A stretch of 63,790 nucleotides of DNA, counting the filler, from Choristocarpus tenellus KU-1152 (Eukaryota > Protista > Phaeophyceae): assembly GCA_964200185.2 (NCBI GenBank). It is 11 parts of 11 records of this genome, joined end to end, with 100 filler letters (N's around TTAATTAATTAA, not from the genome) between each part and the next. Parts side by side here need not be neighbours in the genome. Positions count along the whole stretch, not along the records: positions 22,220 to 30,980 come from CAXNAD020004354.1; positions 31,081 to 33,913 come from CAXNAD020024343.1; positions 34,014 to 40,095 come from CAXNAD020008985.1; 8 more parts are not named here. The stretch is one strand, 5' to 3'. Below the pieces are notes generated by a model that saw nothing but the letters and a program-made list of their open reading frames with translations, ran no database searches and had not been told where the DNA came from. The translations under genes and the position numbers were made by a program. Each line of letters opens with the position of its first letter. Position 1 is the stretch's first letter. Below, one piece after another: positions 23,034 to 35,046 of the stretch.

Positions 23034-26000
23034 ATGCCTAACCATGAAGGCAAGGGAAGTATAAAGGCCAAAAAGGGTAAGATGAAAAACTTGACCTCCA
23101 AGTTCGACAAGTTTGACAAGGACCGCAAGTACGACCCATTCACAGACCAAGACCCTGTCATGCAAGACATGAAGGTGAAGAACACGACAAAAAGTTCTCC
23201 CATGCCTTACCATCGTATGCTGTCCTTGATGCGTGCATGGCAGGATCTCGCATATAAAGAGTTTCATCCTTTCACGTATCTTCGTGGATTTGATCGGTAG
23301 GTGGGCATGAACGCGATCCTCTCGATGTGCAACCCTGTCGAGCTAAATAGCCTCTGTGGTGCCTTGGGTATGACAGGACTCAACACCAATAAGGAGAAGA
23401 TACAAAAGGTGAAAGTAGCAATAAACATATCAGAATATATTACCTCCCATGCGACTAGGATCTTCAAGGCATGAGCTATATTGAAGAGAATATTTGGAAA
23501 CGCTGTCAGTAGAGGCAATGACTTTGCACGCATTGAGAGCAAAATCGATCTTCTTGCCCTTCCCAACAAAGGTAATGTACTACATTCGGGATGGCAGTCA
23601 TCAAGCCGACAGGCGCTTTGCAGAAGTCCTCAAGCTTTTTTGGGAGGGCCTTCTGTACGAATACCTCAGGTCTGTGGGATGCCCTCTTCGTGACTCTGAG
23701 CTCGATCCCCGCCACTTCGTCATGCGCTACTGGAGGAGAAGCATGCTGAACCCTAGCATCCGAGCTGGGTTTGTCCCATTTTATCTCAACCGTGAAGTAA
23801 GTAAAAGTGAATTCTTCACATGCCCAAATCAACACCTAGCTGTCTACCTCAACTTATGTACCTCAAGGCTGTGTGAGTACATGGTGGATGACATGACAGC
23901 AGTACATTGCGCGCGAAGTGACCAAAATCTTGTAGCAGGTCTAAAGCAATATACTGTGTTCTGTAAAAGAGTTTTGTTCTTACATGCATTGAGGGATGGA
24001 TCACAGAATCACACATGCACAACCTAACACACACAGAAGGCATGACCAACTGACAGGTAAAGGTCAGACAAAGTATAACAAAAGAGGATGATGATATCAG
24101 AGAAATACGAGCTGGGCTCCTGATTCGGGAACAGGCCGTTAAAGATGCAGAGGCAAGTGTACGAAGAGAGCACGACTACCGCTTTGTGCTTGCTTATTTC
24201 AGTGCTTCTCGAGACCTGCATCATACACTTGTTCGCAACGTCAACTATTTAGCCAATGAAGTGGAGCAACTGAGAACAAACCTGGACCATGCCAAGGAGA
24301 GTATATCCATCATGGAGAAGCAGTTCGTCGAGATTGAGGTTGGTAATTACTAAATTTTGCATGGTCAGCAGTAGTAATGCGAACAAATCAGGATATCTCT
24401 GCAGGAGCAACAAACAAAGCTTCAGGATGGACTGAGCACTCAGACTAGTACTACCCATGTAGTGGAGTATCTGAACTTCTTCCTCGACTAAAGTCTTGAC
24501 CACAATATTGCAAATGGAAATAGCTTATTGGAACCAATTTGTATCTGCTAAATATTTTCGACACATTTGATTGAGTTGAAGCATGTGTCCAACAGACAAG
24601 AGAACGAGATTAAAACAGGAAAATGCACAGCACACAACAAGCAAACGACAATCAAGTACCAAAAGTTTTGATCTACAATTTCGATTTTCATTTTCTCGAG
24701 CAAATTGACTCAATTAAATTGTCACTACTCAGAACCGTACATGTGTCAGGTACTAAAAGTTTTCCTATCACACACCTTGAACTAACCTAGGTACTCCTTT
24801 GAGTTGGCAGCAGGAGCATGCTTACACAGGACAGTAGGAAGTAGGAGTCCCATGATTGGTTTTCTGAGCTAAATCTGTGTCCAAATGGAATTATTATCGC
24901 CCACATTCTGCCTCTTGACCCCATATTCCTCACTGGCACCCATCAACAGACAAAATACGACAGGGTGGTTGGGGGGCTAGTGTGTAGAGGTGCTTTTCAA
25001 TCAGCTGTTGAGGGTACTCTCTATGCCATGATCAGTCGGGGCCAAGCCTTCATAAAAAGTACAACTGATGAAGCTAACCAGATACTGCAGGGTATGGATC
25101 TTGGCCCTCTAAGACCAGAGTTTTTGCTAGGTGAAGAAATATTGACAGGGGTCAAATCAAAAGGGGCTAGCATGGGTGTGAACGATATTGCAAGATATAC
25201 CTCTCCTGAGGGTGATATCATATCATCAAAATTGAACACAGGTGACGGTTCATTGCACCTTTCTGTCTGCACAAGATTTGACAAGGATGGGGAAAGAGGT
25301 GAAATTCTGGATGACACCAACTACATCACTGTAGCATCAGACAACCATATCAAGGGGGAGGCATACCACCCTGCTGTGGATAGCATCTTGAACAACCAAG
25401 GGACCAGTTCAGTGAACAGGTTTTCACAAGATCATGGACACTTAATCTCAAAAGCTCGTAGGACCCACAATACAAACCAAGAATTTGAAGAAACAGAGTA
25501 CGATGGGAATTGGAAAGCATCGATTCATGAGGAACAGCATCCATGTGGCACCTTCAATAGAAATCAAGAACCCATGCAGCCCAACCTTGGGGTGTGCCTG
25601 ATGAAAATCAAGGAGACTCATGAAACCTCCTGTTCCAGGTATTCTGACCAGGTGAGGGAGTGGAAACAGTGCACTGCCAAACTCACAACCGAGGTCTCCA
25701 CAGCTGTTACTGAAAAAGATGCTGCAAAAGCTCAGATTGCTCAATGGGAGGCCAAGTATGATGACCTGGAGGCCAAGCACGCTGAACTGGAGACCTATAC
25801 CTCAAGAGAGCTGGCCTTGGCAGAGGTTCGAGCTAACAAGAGTCTACTTCAAGCTCTAGAGGCAACTGCACAGAGAGAGAAGGGCTTAGGGAAAGTATCT
25901 CCTGTCCTGGCCAGTATGGTGGCAGCCTTTGTTCCACAAGATACTGAGGACCTGGGTATTGACCTGTTTGAAAAGCTTGAGATCAACCGGGATGAATACA

Positions 26001-28119
26001 CCCATATCCTTGCTAGCAAGCGTATGTTCATGGTAAGTAAAAAGGTAGAGAGCATAGTACCTCTCGTGGGCAATCACTACTTTCCTTTTTTCCCTGCAGA
26101 CTTGGTGTAGAATGTACACACAACCCTCTCCTCTCGTCCATGCTACTGCATTGTCAATTTGGGCCCTGACCAGAAAAAGTGCACAAACATTACCACCAGA
26201 CACATGCAACCAAATCACCCAAAAATTGCAACATGGAAAAATGGGCCCCAAATGGACAGCCACCACCCCTCCCCCAGATACTTCGAGCCTAATGTTGTCC
26301 TCTTCCTGACCTAATGCACACGATGGGGGCTTTTGTCCACGTGTTGAACATCCAGTCCTGTGTGTGGGAGGAAGAACTGGGTAACACCATATCTTGCAAA
26401 TGTCTTGAAGAGACTAACTCAAGTACCAAACTGTTGAAGCAATGTATAGATAAGCAACAATAATACTATAAGTAGTTCACCCCGAAGAAGGTTCCACCAG
26501 TCCCTTGACAAATCAAATGAGAAGGCATGTAACAAAACTAGGTCATTATGGCACGTACAAAAGGGTCTTTAAACGTAATGACGACTTGAGACATGCAAAG
26601 CATGTTACTTTTGAGATCACACACATCTCCCCTCCTATCTCCACCAGAAACTATCGTAAAACAATATACAATATATTAGTTCAATATTTGAACAGGTAGG
26701 TAGGAAGTTACCAAAACCACAATAACTTCACGTGTGGTAGGACTTCAGATGTCAGGTGGTGCACAATCAAAAGCTCTTATACTAACAACACAACTCAGCA
26801 TCCACAGGCAACAATACATTTCTTCTCTATTTGAAAGATAGGCAACAATACATTCAATTTGGGGGCACTGAGATGTCCACCAGTCGCACAACCCTATCCT
26901 GAAGATTCTGAAGTTCAATATTTCCAAACTTCAATACTTTTCTTCAATGGCTCCCTCTTTAGTATGCCTATTCTGCAACACTTGCTAAAATTGCAAACCA
27001 TGTCACTCTACTGTTTTCACTCTTTCTTTCACCAGTTCTTTGGTTCCCATACTTCATTCACGTAATTTATGACCTGGAGCACTGCCGGTAGGCTGGTTTG
27101 ATGGGAATTTTTCAACTCAAACTTTTAAACCACGTGGAATTTGGAGGTGCTACCAGGGGCTAAATTGTTCCTACTATCAGGGCTATCAATTGACCCAACT
27201 TTGGCGTGATGATTCATCGCAAGTATTCAGTTATGATCTTTCAAAAGGCTGCAAAAGCCTGAACACTTACTAGCTAATCTATAAAGTCTGTAGATGAGAC
27301 AAATCAAGACATCATAAGATGGGTATTGCTTTTAGCTAAGATTAAACACAAGTCACCCCATAGTTCCCTGGAATTTCGTTTCTGCAAGCTGCTGTTCACA
27401 TCACTCAATCATGGTAGAGGTGGTTGAGAGCAGTTATTGAAATAGGTCATACAACCGGCCGGGAAGGACAGAACGGTCTAAGGTAATTGTTATGCAATTG
27501 AAATTACAACAGAAATAGCCTTGCACCGTCCTACAGCTTGCCTACAAACAGCTTGGTGTTGTACTTGGCAGGATACTGTCAATTTCCCTACGTATTGACA
27601 CGTTATCCCACTACTTCAAATTTTGGATGAGGGATATCTAAACCACGGCCTAATACCAAGAACATTGCAGCGGATAACTAACGTCTCAACCCAGACCTTC
27701 CCCCTTACTCTTGCTGATAAGTGCAGGCTGATCTGGAGTCACGAGCCATTGAGGTTCTGAGGAGGGAGCAGGAACAGGCAGAGGCTGCAATAGAGGCTGC
27801 CAAGGGAAATAAACGTGGGCGGCCAAAATCTAAGGGGAGGGGGCAAGGAAGGGCAGGCAATGCCAGCAAGAGTCCAAAGTCTTCAAAGAAGGTCACTGGT
27901 AAGCAAGCAAAGAACACCAGTCCAGACAGGAAAAAAAAGGGTTCAGGCGAAGGGGCGGTCAAGGCAGGCGGGGGCAAGAAAACCCAGGACGGAAAGGTCA
28001 GGAATGCCAAGGGAGGGGTTGCCGGCGTTGGGGGGAAGCAGGGCACACCAAAGGGCACCCGCAAGTCTCCAAGGGAATCAAAAAGTCCACCCAAAAAGCA
28101 CAAGAAGCCCAAGAAGTGA
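23034..28119 (+). CDS. Hypothetical coiled-coil protein with Lys/Gly-rich tail; exons 23034-23174, 23301-23408, 23572-23796, 24057-24338, 24950-26032, 27727-28119
   Basis: All six exons are stop-free and joined in phase 0 by GT-AG introns. Heptad-rich segments such as EVEQLRTNLDHAKESISIMEKQF and AQIAQWEAKYDDLEAKHAELE. Confidence 0.75.
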
Positions 28120-28179
28120 TAGGCCAGCAGACGCAAAGGATTATATTTTTTGGAGCAGATCTCATCACCGCAACACGAC

Positions 28180-28240
28180 CAAAATATGATTGGGCAAAAT
28201 ATGATTGGGCAAAATATGATTGGGCAAAATATGATTGGGC
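28180..28240. repeat. Perfect 15-bp tandem repeat (CAAAATATGATTGGG) x4
   Basis: Seen directly. Confidence 0.95.
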
Positions 28241-28442
28241 ATAAACTTAATCTTCAGTCGAATCAGCTGTTGTTGGGGTAAGTCCTCAAGGGACCTGGGT
28301 CGCTGATCTGTGCAGACGCGAACTACATGCTCACAAACACATAAATATGTAACTTTGTGTGTGTTCCCTCATCCACATGACAGCACTCAACCCACAATTT
28401 AGATATCACTACAAACATGCAGCTAGTATTAAGCAGCATACC

Positions 28443-30420
28443 TCAAACATTTTCCCCATCTCCGCCCGACATCAAGGATGTACAGCCTGAGAGTAGACTC
28501 TCAATTGTCGCCTCCACCTCCCCATCGCTCTCATCATCCTCCTCATTTGAGGACAGCCCCTCTAACAGAAGCTGGCGCAGCAAATCCCCAGAGTCCTTCT
28601 CACCACCCTCCGTGCCTGAAGTATTCTCTTTTCCCCCCATACGCCCCAGCAGTGGAGATTGCAACAGATCAGGTAAGGGCTGGATGGTTGATGATGTCAC
28701 AGGTGAGGGTTTGGGAGGTGCATGCACCAGCGGTCGTCTCAATAGACCCAGAAGCTCATCCTGCTCTTTTTGTAAAACAACAACTTCATCTCGAAACCTT
28801 CTCCGAACAGCAAGTAGCGCTTCAGCCTCTCTGCGAAGATCTTCTACCTGACAGTTCACAAGACAAACCAAGAAGTGAGACCATGTGTTCAGTGCAAGCA
28901 TGTATGCAGTGTGTGCAGGACAAGCGATTTACCAGAGTGCGACTGTCTCAACTTCAAGACAGTTACAAAGAGAGTAGAAAATCAGACAGAAGGAAGGGTC
29001 AAAAAAAGACCCACTGAACAATCTTCCACCCCCAACAATATTGTGGATTTTGAGTGTAAACTATGACTTAAAGAAAATCACAAAAACAAACCTCCAGAAG
29101 AGGCACACATAAATTGCATCATTAATATTCACCCTGAGTATTTGTGGTGCAAAAATCAACACAAGAGAAAGGATTCCAGAAAAGCATTGTTGACAGCATC
29201 CTCACAAGTGCCAAGTCTTTTTGTAGGTCAGAAATTGCACTTTGGGCGATTATCGTGTTGTCAGGGCCTCTCCTGTCTAGGCTCAGCTCTCTCGCATGGT
29301 CCAAATCAGGTCTTGATATCTTCCGCTTTTTTCCACGCTGCACTGTGGATGCCTTCCGGTGGACAGGCTCAACATTCGGACCCTCCCGTAGCCTTGCATC
29401 AGCATTAGTACTTCCCCCCTCGCTATCACAGCGGTTATCAGCCTCCACAGTGGACTCCCCAATGTCCGTAACATCCGAAGCTGGCAATGCCCTCAACATC
29501 TTTTTAGATCTACCCTGAGACGTACCTCTAGCTGCTTTGTGGTTGGAAGATTTCTGCTTTTTTTGCAGCTTCAAGGAAGTGTTTGTTGTTTCTTCATCAT
29601 TTTGTGCACTATCATCGGGGCCAGTATGTGCACCATTTTCTATAATGGCCCTGGTTTCAACTTCTGACTCTGTTGGACTATCTACGCTCTCACTGCTTGG
29701 TTGCGAGGGTTTCCTAGATCTTGACTTAACCCGTGATCTTGATGATGTACGTTTTGATAGTCTTCCCTTCAAATTGGTTTTTGACACTTTCTGGGAGGTG
29801 CTCGCAGGTACTCGGCTCTCCTGCATGTAAGTACTGCGGTTGACCTCCACATTGCCCTCGTTGCCTCCCGCACCCTCAAATTCCGTCTCTGAGCTGCTTT
29901 CTACACCATGCCGTGTCTGCCCCGTCCTCCTCTTACACTTCGAACCCTTTCGAACCTCTCGAACTCTATCCTTTGATCCAGAACCAGAGCTATCCTCCAC
30001 AACGTAGTGTGCGGCGTTCTCCTGGGGGGATTCATCGCTGGGTGTGGTCCTGGTGTTCAAGCCTGAGCTGGCTGCCATCCCCTTCTGCCCTGGTTCCCCT
30101 TCCTTTCTATTTGCCATACCCTTCTCTGCTGCTGAAGATTTCTGTTTAGAGGATTTCCGGGAGCTACTTGCACGAATTAAGTCCTTCTGCTTGCCAGCAG
30201 TGGCGGCAGCATTCCCACTACCTCTCGAGCTTTTCCTCGTAACGACCTGAGCTTCTGATCCAGGTTGTTGTCCCTCCACATCTCTGCACCTCGTTCCAGC
30301 CGATCTTGATCTCCGCGTCCTCACAGATCTTGCAGGAGTATGAGCCTCTTTCATCTCTGAAGCATTAGTCAACCTGCTCGCGCCATTATTTTCTCGGCCA
30401 GAAGACCTCTCCATCATCAT
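28443..30420 (-). CDS. Hypothetical low-complexity S/R/K-rich protein with a coiled coil; exons 30420-29206, 28847-28443
   Basis: 432-aa ORF with donor CTT|GTGAGG; acceptor CAG|GTAGAA joins DLQKDLAL to VEDLRREAEALL in frame. Confidence 0.7.
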
Positions 30421-31529
30421 TTCAAGATGGGGGTACCACTACTACAACCTCCTATGTGGGTAGTGACCCACAACTTGCGCTGTTCCTTGATCGCCCGCAA
30501 TAGCTTATGAGGCCTAAGGTGAAAAATCTCTTGAGCCTAGGTTATCTTGTCCCAAACGCTCACTCTGAGAATGCTGATAATCCCCAGCTACCTAGGTGTT
30601 GCATGCATTGAGTGAGGAAGAGAAGGGAAAGTTTATAAAGCAGTTGGCGCATAGATCCCTAAGTGCACAACTTTCGCTCTGCAGAGGATACTTCACCATA
30701 TCAGATATGACACAAGTATCAAGGTGAGAAGAGTACCTTTCCTTAAGAAGGTTTTCGGGTACACTCAACCCTTTGGCTCCCTTCACTACTATATCCAAAA
30801 GTTTGTTATCTTGTTGTTTTGTTCAACCAATAAATCTCATCCTTTTACAAACACCTAAGCCTACAACTATACCATATTCTATATCAGCACTTTCTATACA
30901 CTACTATATTTATTTTTATTATTATGCCCTCTGACATTTTGCAGATGTGTCAGGGGGAAACCAATGAAAACTATATACATNNNNNNNNNNNNNNNNNNNN
31001 NNNNNNNNNNNNNNNNNNNNNNNNTTAATTAATTAANNNNNNNNNNNNNNNNNNNNNNNNNNNNNNNNNNNNNNNNNNNNCTCTAGACTTGGCATCGCCA
31101 CCCTCAGGAGGACCACCCAAGATGACAATATCCAGATGATCAAGGCAAAATATGCAGAGCTGAGGGCGGACAATCTCCATGTACCCATTGCTTGCTGCAG
31201 GAATAGATAGCACATGTACCACATGCATCATTTTCCCCACTCGCAATAATTGATCCCTATTTGCAACTCGCGACAGTCTGCACCCTCCCGTCCCTCGCTA
31301 ACCCATACACTAAAAAGGCAATAGATTTCGTTGACCCAATATGTCACATCCGTGTCTTCCCTTCATGTCGACACCACGAATCACATGATAATCGCACATA
31401 CGCACTTCTTAATCGACCGCACACAGTCCGTGCACACTTGCAACCATCGCCCTCTATTTTTCAAAAGTCTACCAATCGGTAAACTAACCCAAAACTAAAC
31501 GTTAGGGTTTCATCACATACTGACATCTG

Positions 31530-32752
31530 TCAGGTGACAACCAAGGCTATGAACTGGTAGTAGGGTGGAGTACGAACAGGCAAGTTGAAGATCTGGGATG
31601 GTGCAGTAGACCAGTGAATGTGACCTGCCGTTGGCACTGAGCTGACGGTCACTGATGCCGGACAGGGTGACGGGTGGGGACAGGGGCCCCAGTCGCTATT
31701 CGGGGCTGGTGCAGTAAGTTTTGAGATGGCGGAATGAGCTGTGGCAGTAGCTGGGGGTATGGGAAAAGGTTGAGCAAGTGATTCGGAAACCTTACAGCGC
31801 TGTGGATGGTATTCTTGATCAATGTGGGTTGGGATATGGTGGTAGAAGCACCAGGGACAATGTGGAGGGGCAGTGGGGACAGATGGTGTGGGTTGGGTGA
31901 TATGGCGCGTGAGGCATTGGCATGGGTGGTGGTCAGTTTGGCGGCAGTGGCGGGCCATACCAGTAAGGACTATGTTGTCAGGAGCTGGATTAGGAAGAAT
32001 AAGATTGTTGTTGAAGGCGGTGTGGATCACAGAGATGAGGGATTTAGTGGTGAAGTCCGAGTTGAAGTGTACTTGGCTCCGTAGGGCATCATAGTCTATA
32101 GAACGTCAAGAGAGATGAGGGCTGCACACATGCGGAAGTCGCTCATTGTCTTGCTGAACCCTTCGTGTTTGACCTTCATCCTTTAAAGGCGATCCTACTA
32201 GTCAAGATATTCCCCAGGTTCCATAGCGCATTGCTCAAAACGGCGATGGACATCCTCAGATCTGAGACAGCCTTGTACTTGCTCTTGAGGGACGCCAGGC
32301 CGAAAGTCTGTCAATATGTATTGTCTCATCCCTGTGTTGGAGGCAGTGAGGAAGTTTTTTGCTGGTCCTTGGCAGGTGGCAAGGAGTATACTGAAAAGAT
32401 CATCATTGCCTTCAGTGTAGGTACGCGTTGTGTTGCTAGATGTAGATGAGGTGGCATCAGGAAATTTGTTGAACGTGAACGTAGTCATAGTACCTGTGGT
32501 GGTAGGATTATGTGAGCTGGATTGAGCTAGGACGTGGTGAGCGTGAGGTGCAACACAGCTCAATGTCCCCGTGAAGTTCACCTTGAACACTTCCCAACAT
32601 TATTTGTCGCCAGAGAAGATGAGGAGCTTAAGAGTTCGTTCCGTGAATATGGCAAGTTCATGACTGCTGCGGGGGATGTGTGCTAAACGTAGTGGGGTAG
32701 TAGTAACAAGACAATGGCGAGGGAGTTGATCAGGTGTAGAAAGGTCATAACC
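31530..32752 (-). mobile_element. Degenerate Ty1/copia LTR retrotransposon: PBS + gag
   Basis: PBS-like GGTTATGACC (32752-32743) directly after an LTR-end-like TCTTAACC. UBN2/gag-like MEPGEYLD..DRL...MSDFRM with stops, plus Zn-knuckle-like RHCRQTDHHPCQC and WCFYHHIPTHIDQE. Confidence 0.7.
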
Positions 32753-34116
32753 GGTTAAGACCTTGAATTGCATGAATCGCTGGTTCGCGTTAAGTACTCT
32801 GTGTAGAGACTTGAAGTCTTACATGCAAAGAGGTGTAGTACACTGAAGCACTGGCAATTACAACACGATGAATCTTGTAACTTGCGCTATGTAGAGGCTA
32901 ATTGGATACTGTCAGGTTTCAACAGATGGGGCGTACTGTTCTGTGCTTTGTTTTAAAGAAAGTGATCGTGCTCAAAATATAGACTTGATACGTTGTGAGG
33001 GGAGGTTGTGGGTGCATCAACTCTGAATATAGTTCATCCAGTTGTGTATCAGAAACACTTAGTGCAGAATAAATTCGAAGTGTAGGTAGGGGTGATAACT
33101 AGCAAAATAATAGGACTAGATATCATTGTTATATCTTCTGTGAGGAACAAAAAAAAGGCTTGAATCTAATTCTGAGTCAACTCATGTGTGTCACATACTG
33201 AGTTTGTGCGCTAAAGAATATCAAGTATACCATAGTATACATACTGGAACGGCAAGTCCTATTCACATACAACATGGAGCGATACATACGCAATCTAGAT
33301 AAATAACAGGATGGTCAAGTACATATTTACACAATTCTGTGGGACGCTGTAGGTTTTAACGCCTTATAGCGACACTTTCATACAATGTCCTAAGGCGGCG
33401 TAACCGGTCCATGATGTACCTGGTCGACTGGTGACACAAGGGTCATCAAAACCACACCTGTTTTGTTCGCGCTAATGTTTCTGTGTCAGAGAAGGTTGCA
33501 ATAAGGGTACCTATGGCAACACCTCTTGAGGGAGAATTCAAATTCTGGAGTTGCAAGGGGGAGAGGCCAGGGTCGGGCAAGGAGTATAACCCCAGTCATT
33601 GGTAGGGGTCGTGATATGGGCAGGGACCCAGGAAGAGGTTCAAACTGTATGCTGCATCCAGGAAGTGGATGGTCTCTCCTATGTCCATATGGCTCCACTT
33701 GTGTCACCTCTGAGCAAATTACCTTGGGAGGTAATGCTATTTGCTAGTAGTGAAGATAAGAAGGTGTGAAACCTCACAGGACCCCCTTTGCTGAACGTGA
33801 TTACATGGTTGAAGATTAGAAGAGTGACCTTTGTGTGGTCTCTTCTCATTGCTTGTTTATTATTTATTTGTGCTTCCTATCTAAGTCAACGGTTATGTCA
33901 AAGTAGTTGAATGNNNNNNNNNNNNNNNNNNNNNNNNNNNNNNNNNNNNNNNNNNNNTTAATTAATTAANNNNNNNNNNNNNNNNNNNNNNNNNNNNNNN
34001 NNNNNNNNNNNNNCCCCCCTCCCAGATACTTTGGGTCACCAACAGAACATACTAAATTTCTACTTCGAAGTACGTTCCAAAATTACCATATTCGTTTCAA
34101 ACTGGTGCACTCATGC

Positions 34117-35046
34117 TTTCACTTTCGCGGTTCAACTTAATGTTTTCCTGCTTAGGGTTCTTGTTCCAAATTGGTACACACCACCCCCAACCGTGTTGCC
34201 GTGCTTTGGAAACTGATGACCTTTAACGCCCGACATAGCACATCAAATATCTTGATTACTGTCTGCCCTATGTCAAACACAAACCTGTGCATGGTTTCCC
34301 TCCCAACATCTAACCCAGGTCGGTGCGTAAATCCTTTTCATCTTCATATTTCACTTTCGCTGGTCAACTTAATGTTTTCCTGCTTAGGGTTCTTGTTTCC
34401 AATCGGTACAGACCACCCCCAACCGTGTTGCCGTGCTTTGGGAACTGATGGCATTTACCGTCTGACGTAGCACATCAAATATCTTCATTACTGTCTTCCT
34501 ATGTCAAACACAAACCTGTGTATTGTTGCCCTCTCGACATCTAACCCAGGTCAGCGCGTAGATCCTTTTCATCTTCATCTTCATCTTCATCTTTCACTTT
34601 CTCGGGTCAACTTAATGTTTTCCTGCGTAGGTTTCTTGTTCCAAATTGGTACACACCACCCCCAGCTGTTTTGCCGTGCGTTCGAAATTGATGCCTTTAC
34701 TGTCCGACATAACACATCAAATTTGTTCATTACTGTCTGCCCTATGTCAAACGCAAACCTGTGCATGGTTGCCCTCCCAACATCTAACTCGGGTCGGCGA
34801 GTAAATCCTTTTCATCTTCATCTTTCGTTTCTCGGTTTAACTTAATGTTTTCCTGCTTAGGGCTCTTGTTCTAAATCTGTACACACCACCCCCAGCTGTT
34901 TTGCCGTGCCTTTGAAATTGATGGCCTTTACCGTCCGACATAACACATCAAATTTCTTCAATTACTGTCTGCCCTATGTCAAACACAAACCTGCGCATGG
35001 TTGCCCCCTCAACATCTAACCCAGGTCGGCGCGTAAAACCTTTTCA
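34117..35046. repeat. Tandem array, ~230-243-bp unit x4
   Basis: AACTTAATGTTTTCCTGC at 34134, 34366, 34609 and 34839. Confidence 0.92.

Noticed and set aside
23298-23300. In-frame TAG suggesting readthrough or recoding
   Set aside because: It is better explained as the 3' splice acceptor of intron 23175-23300.
33526-33747. RG-rich ORF, possibly another gag fragment
   Set aside because: Too short and degenerate to support a call.
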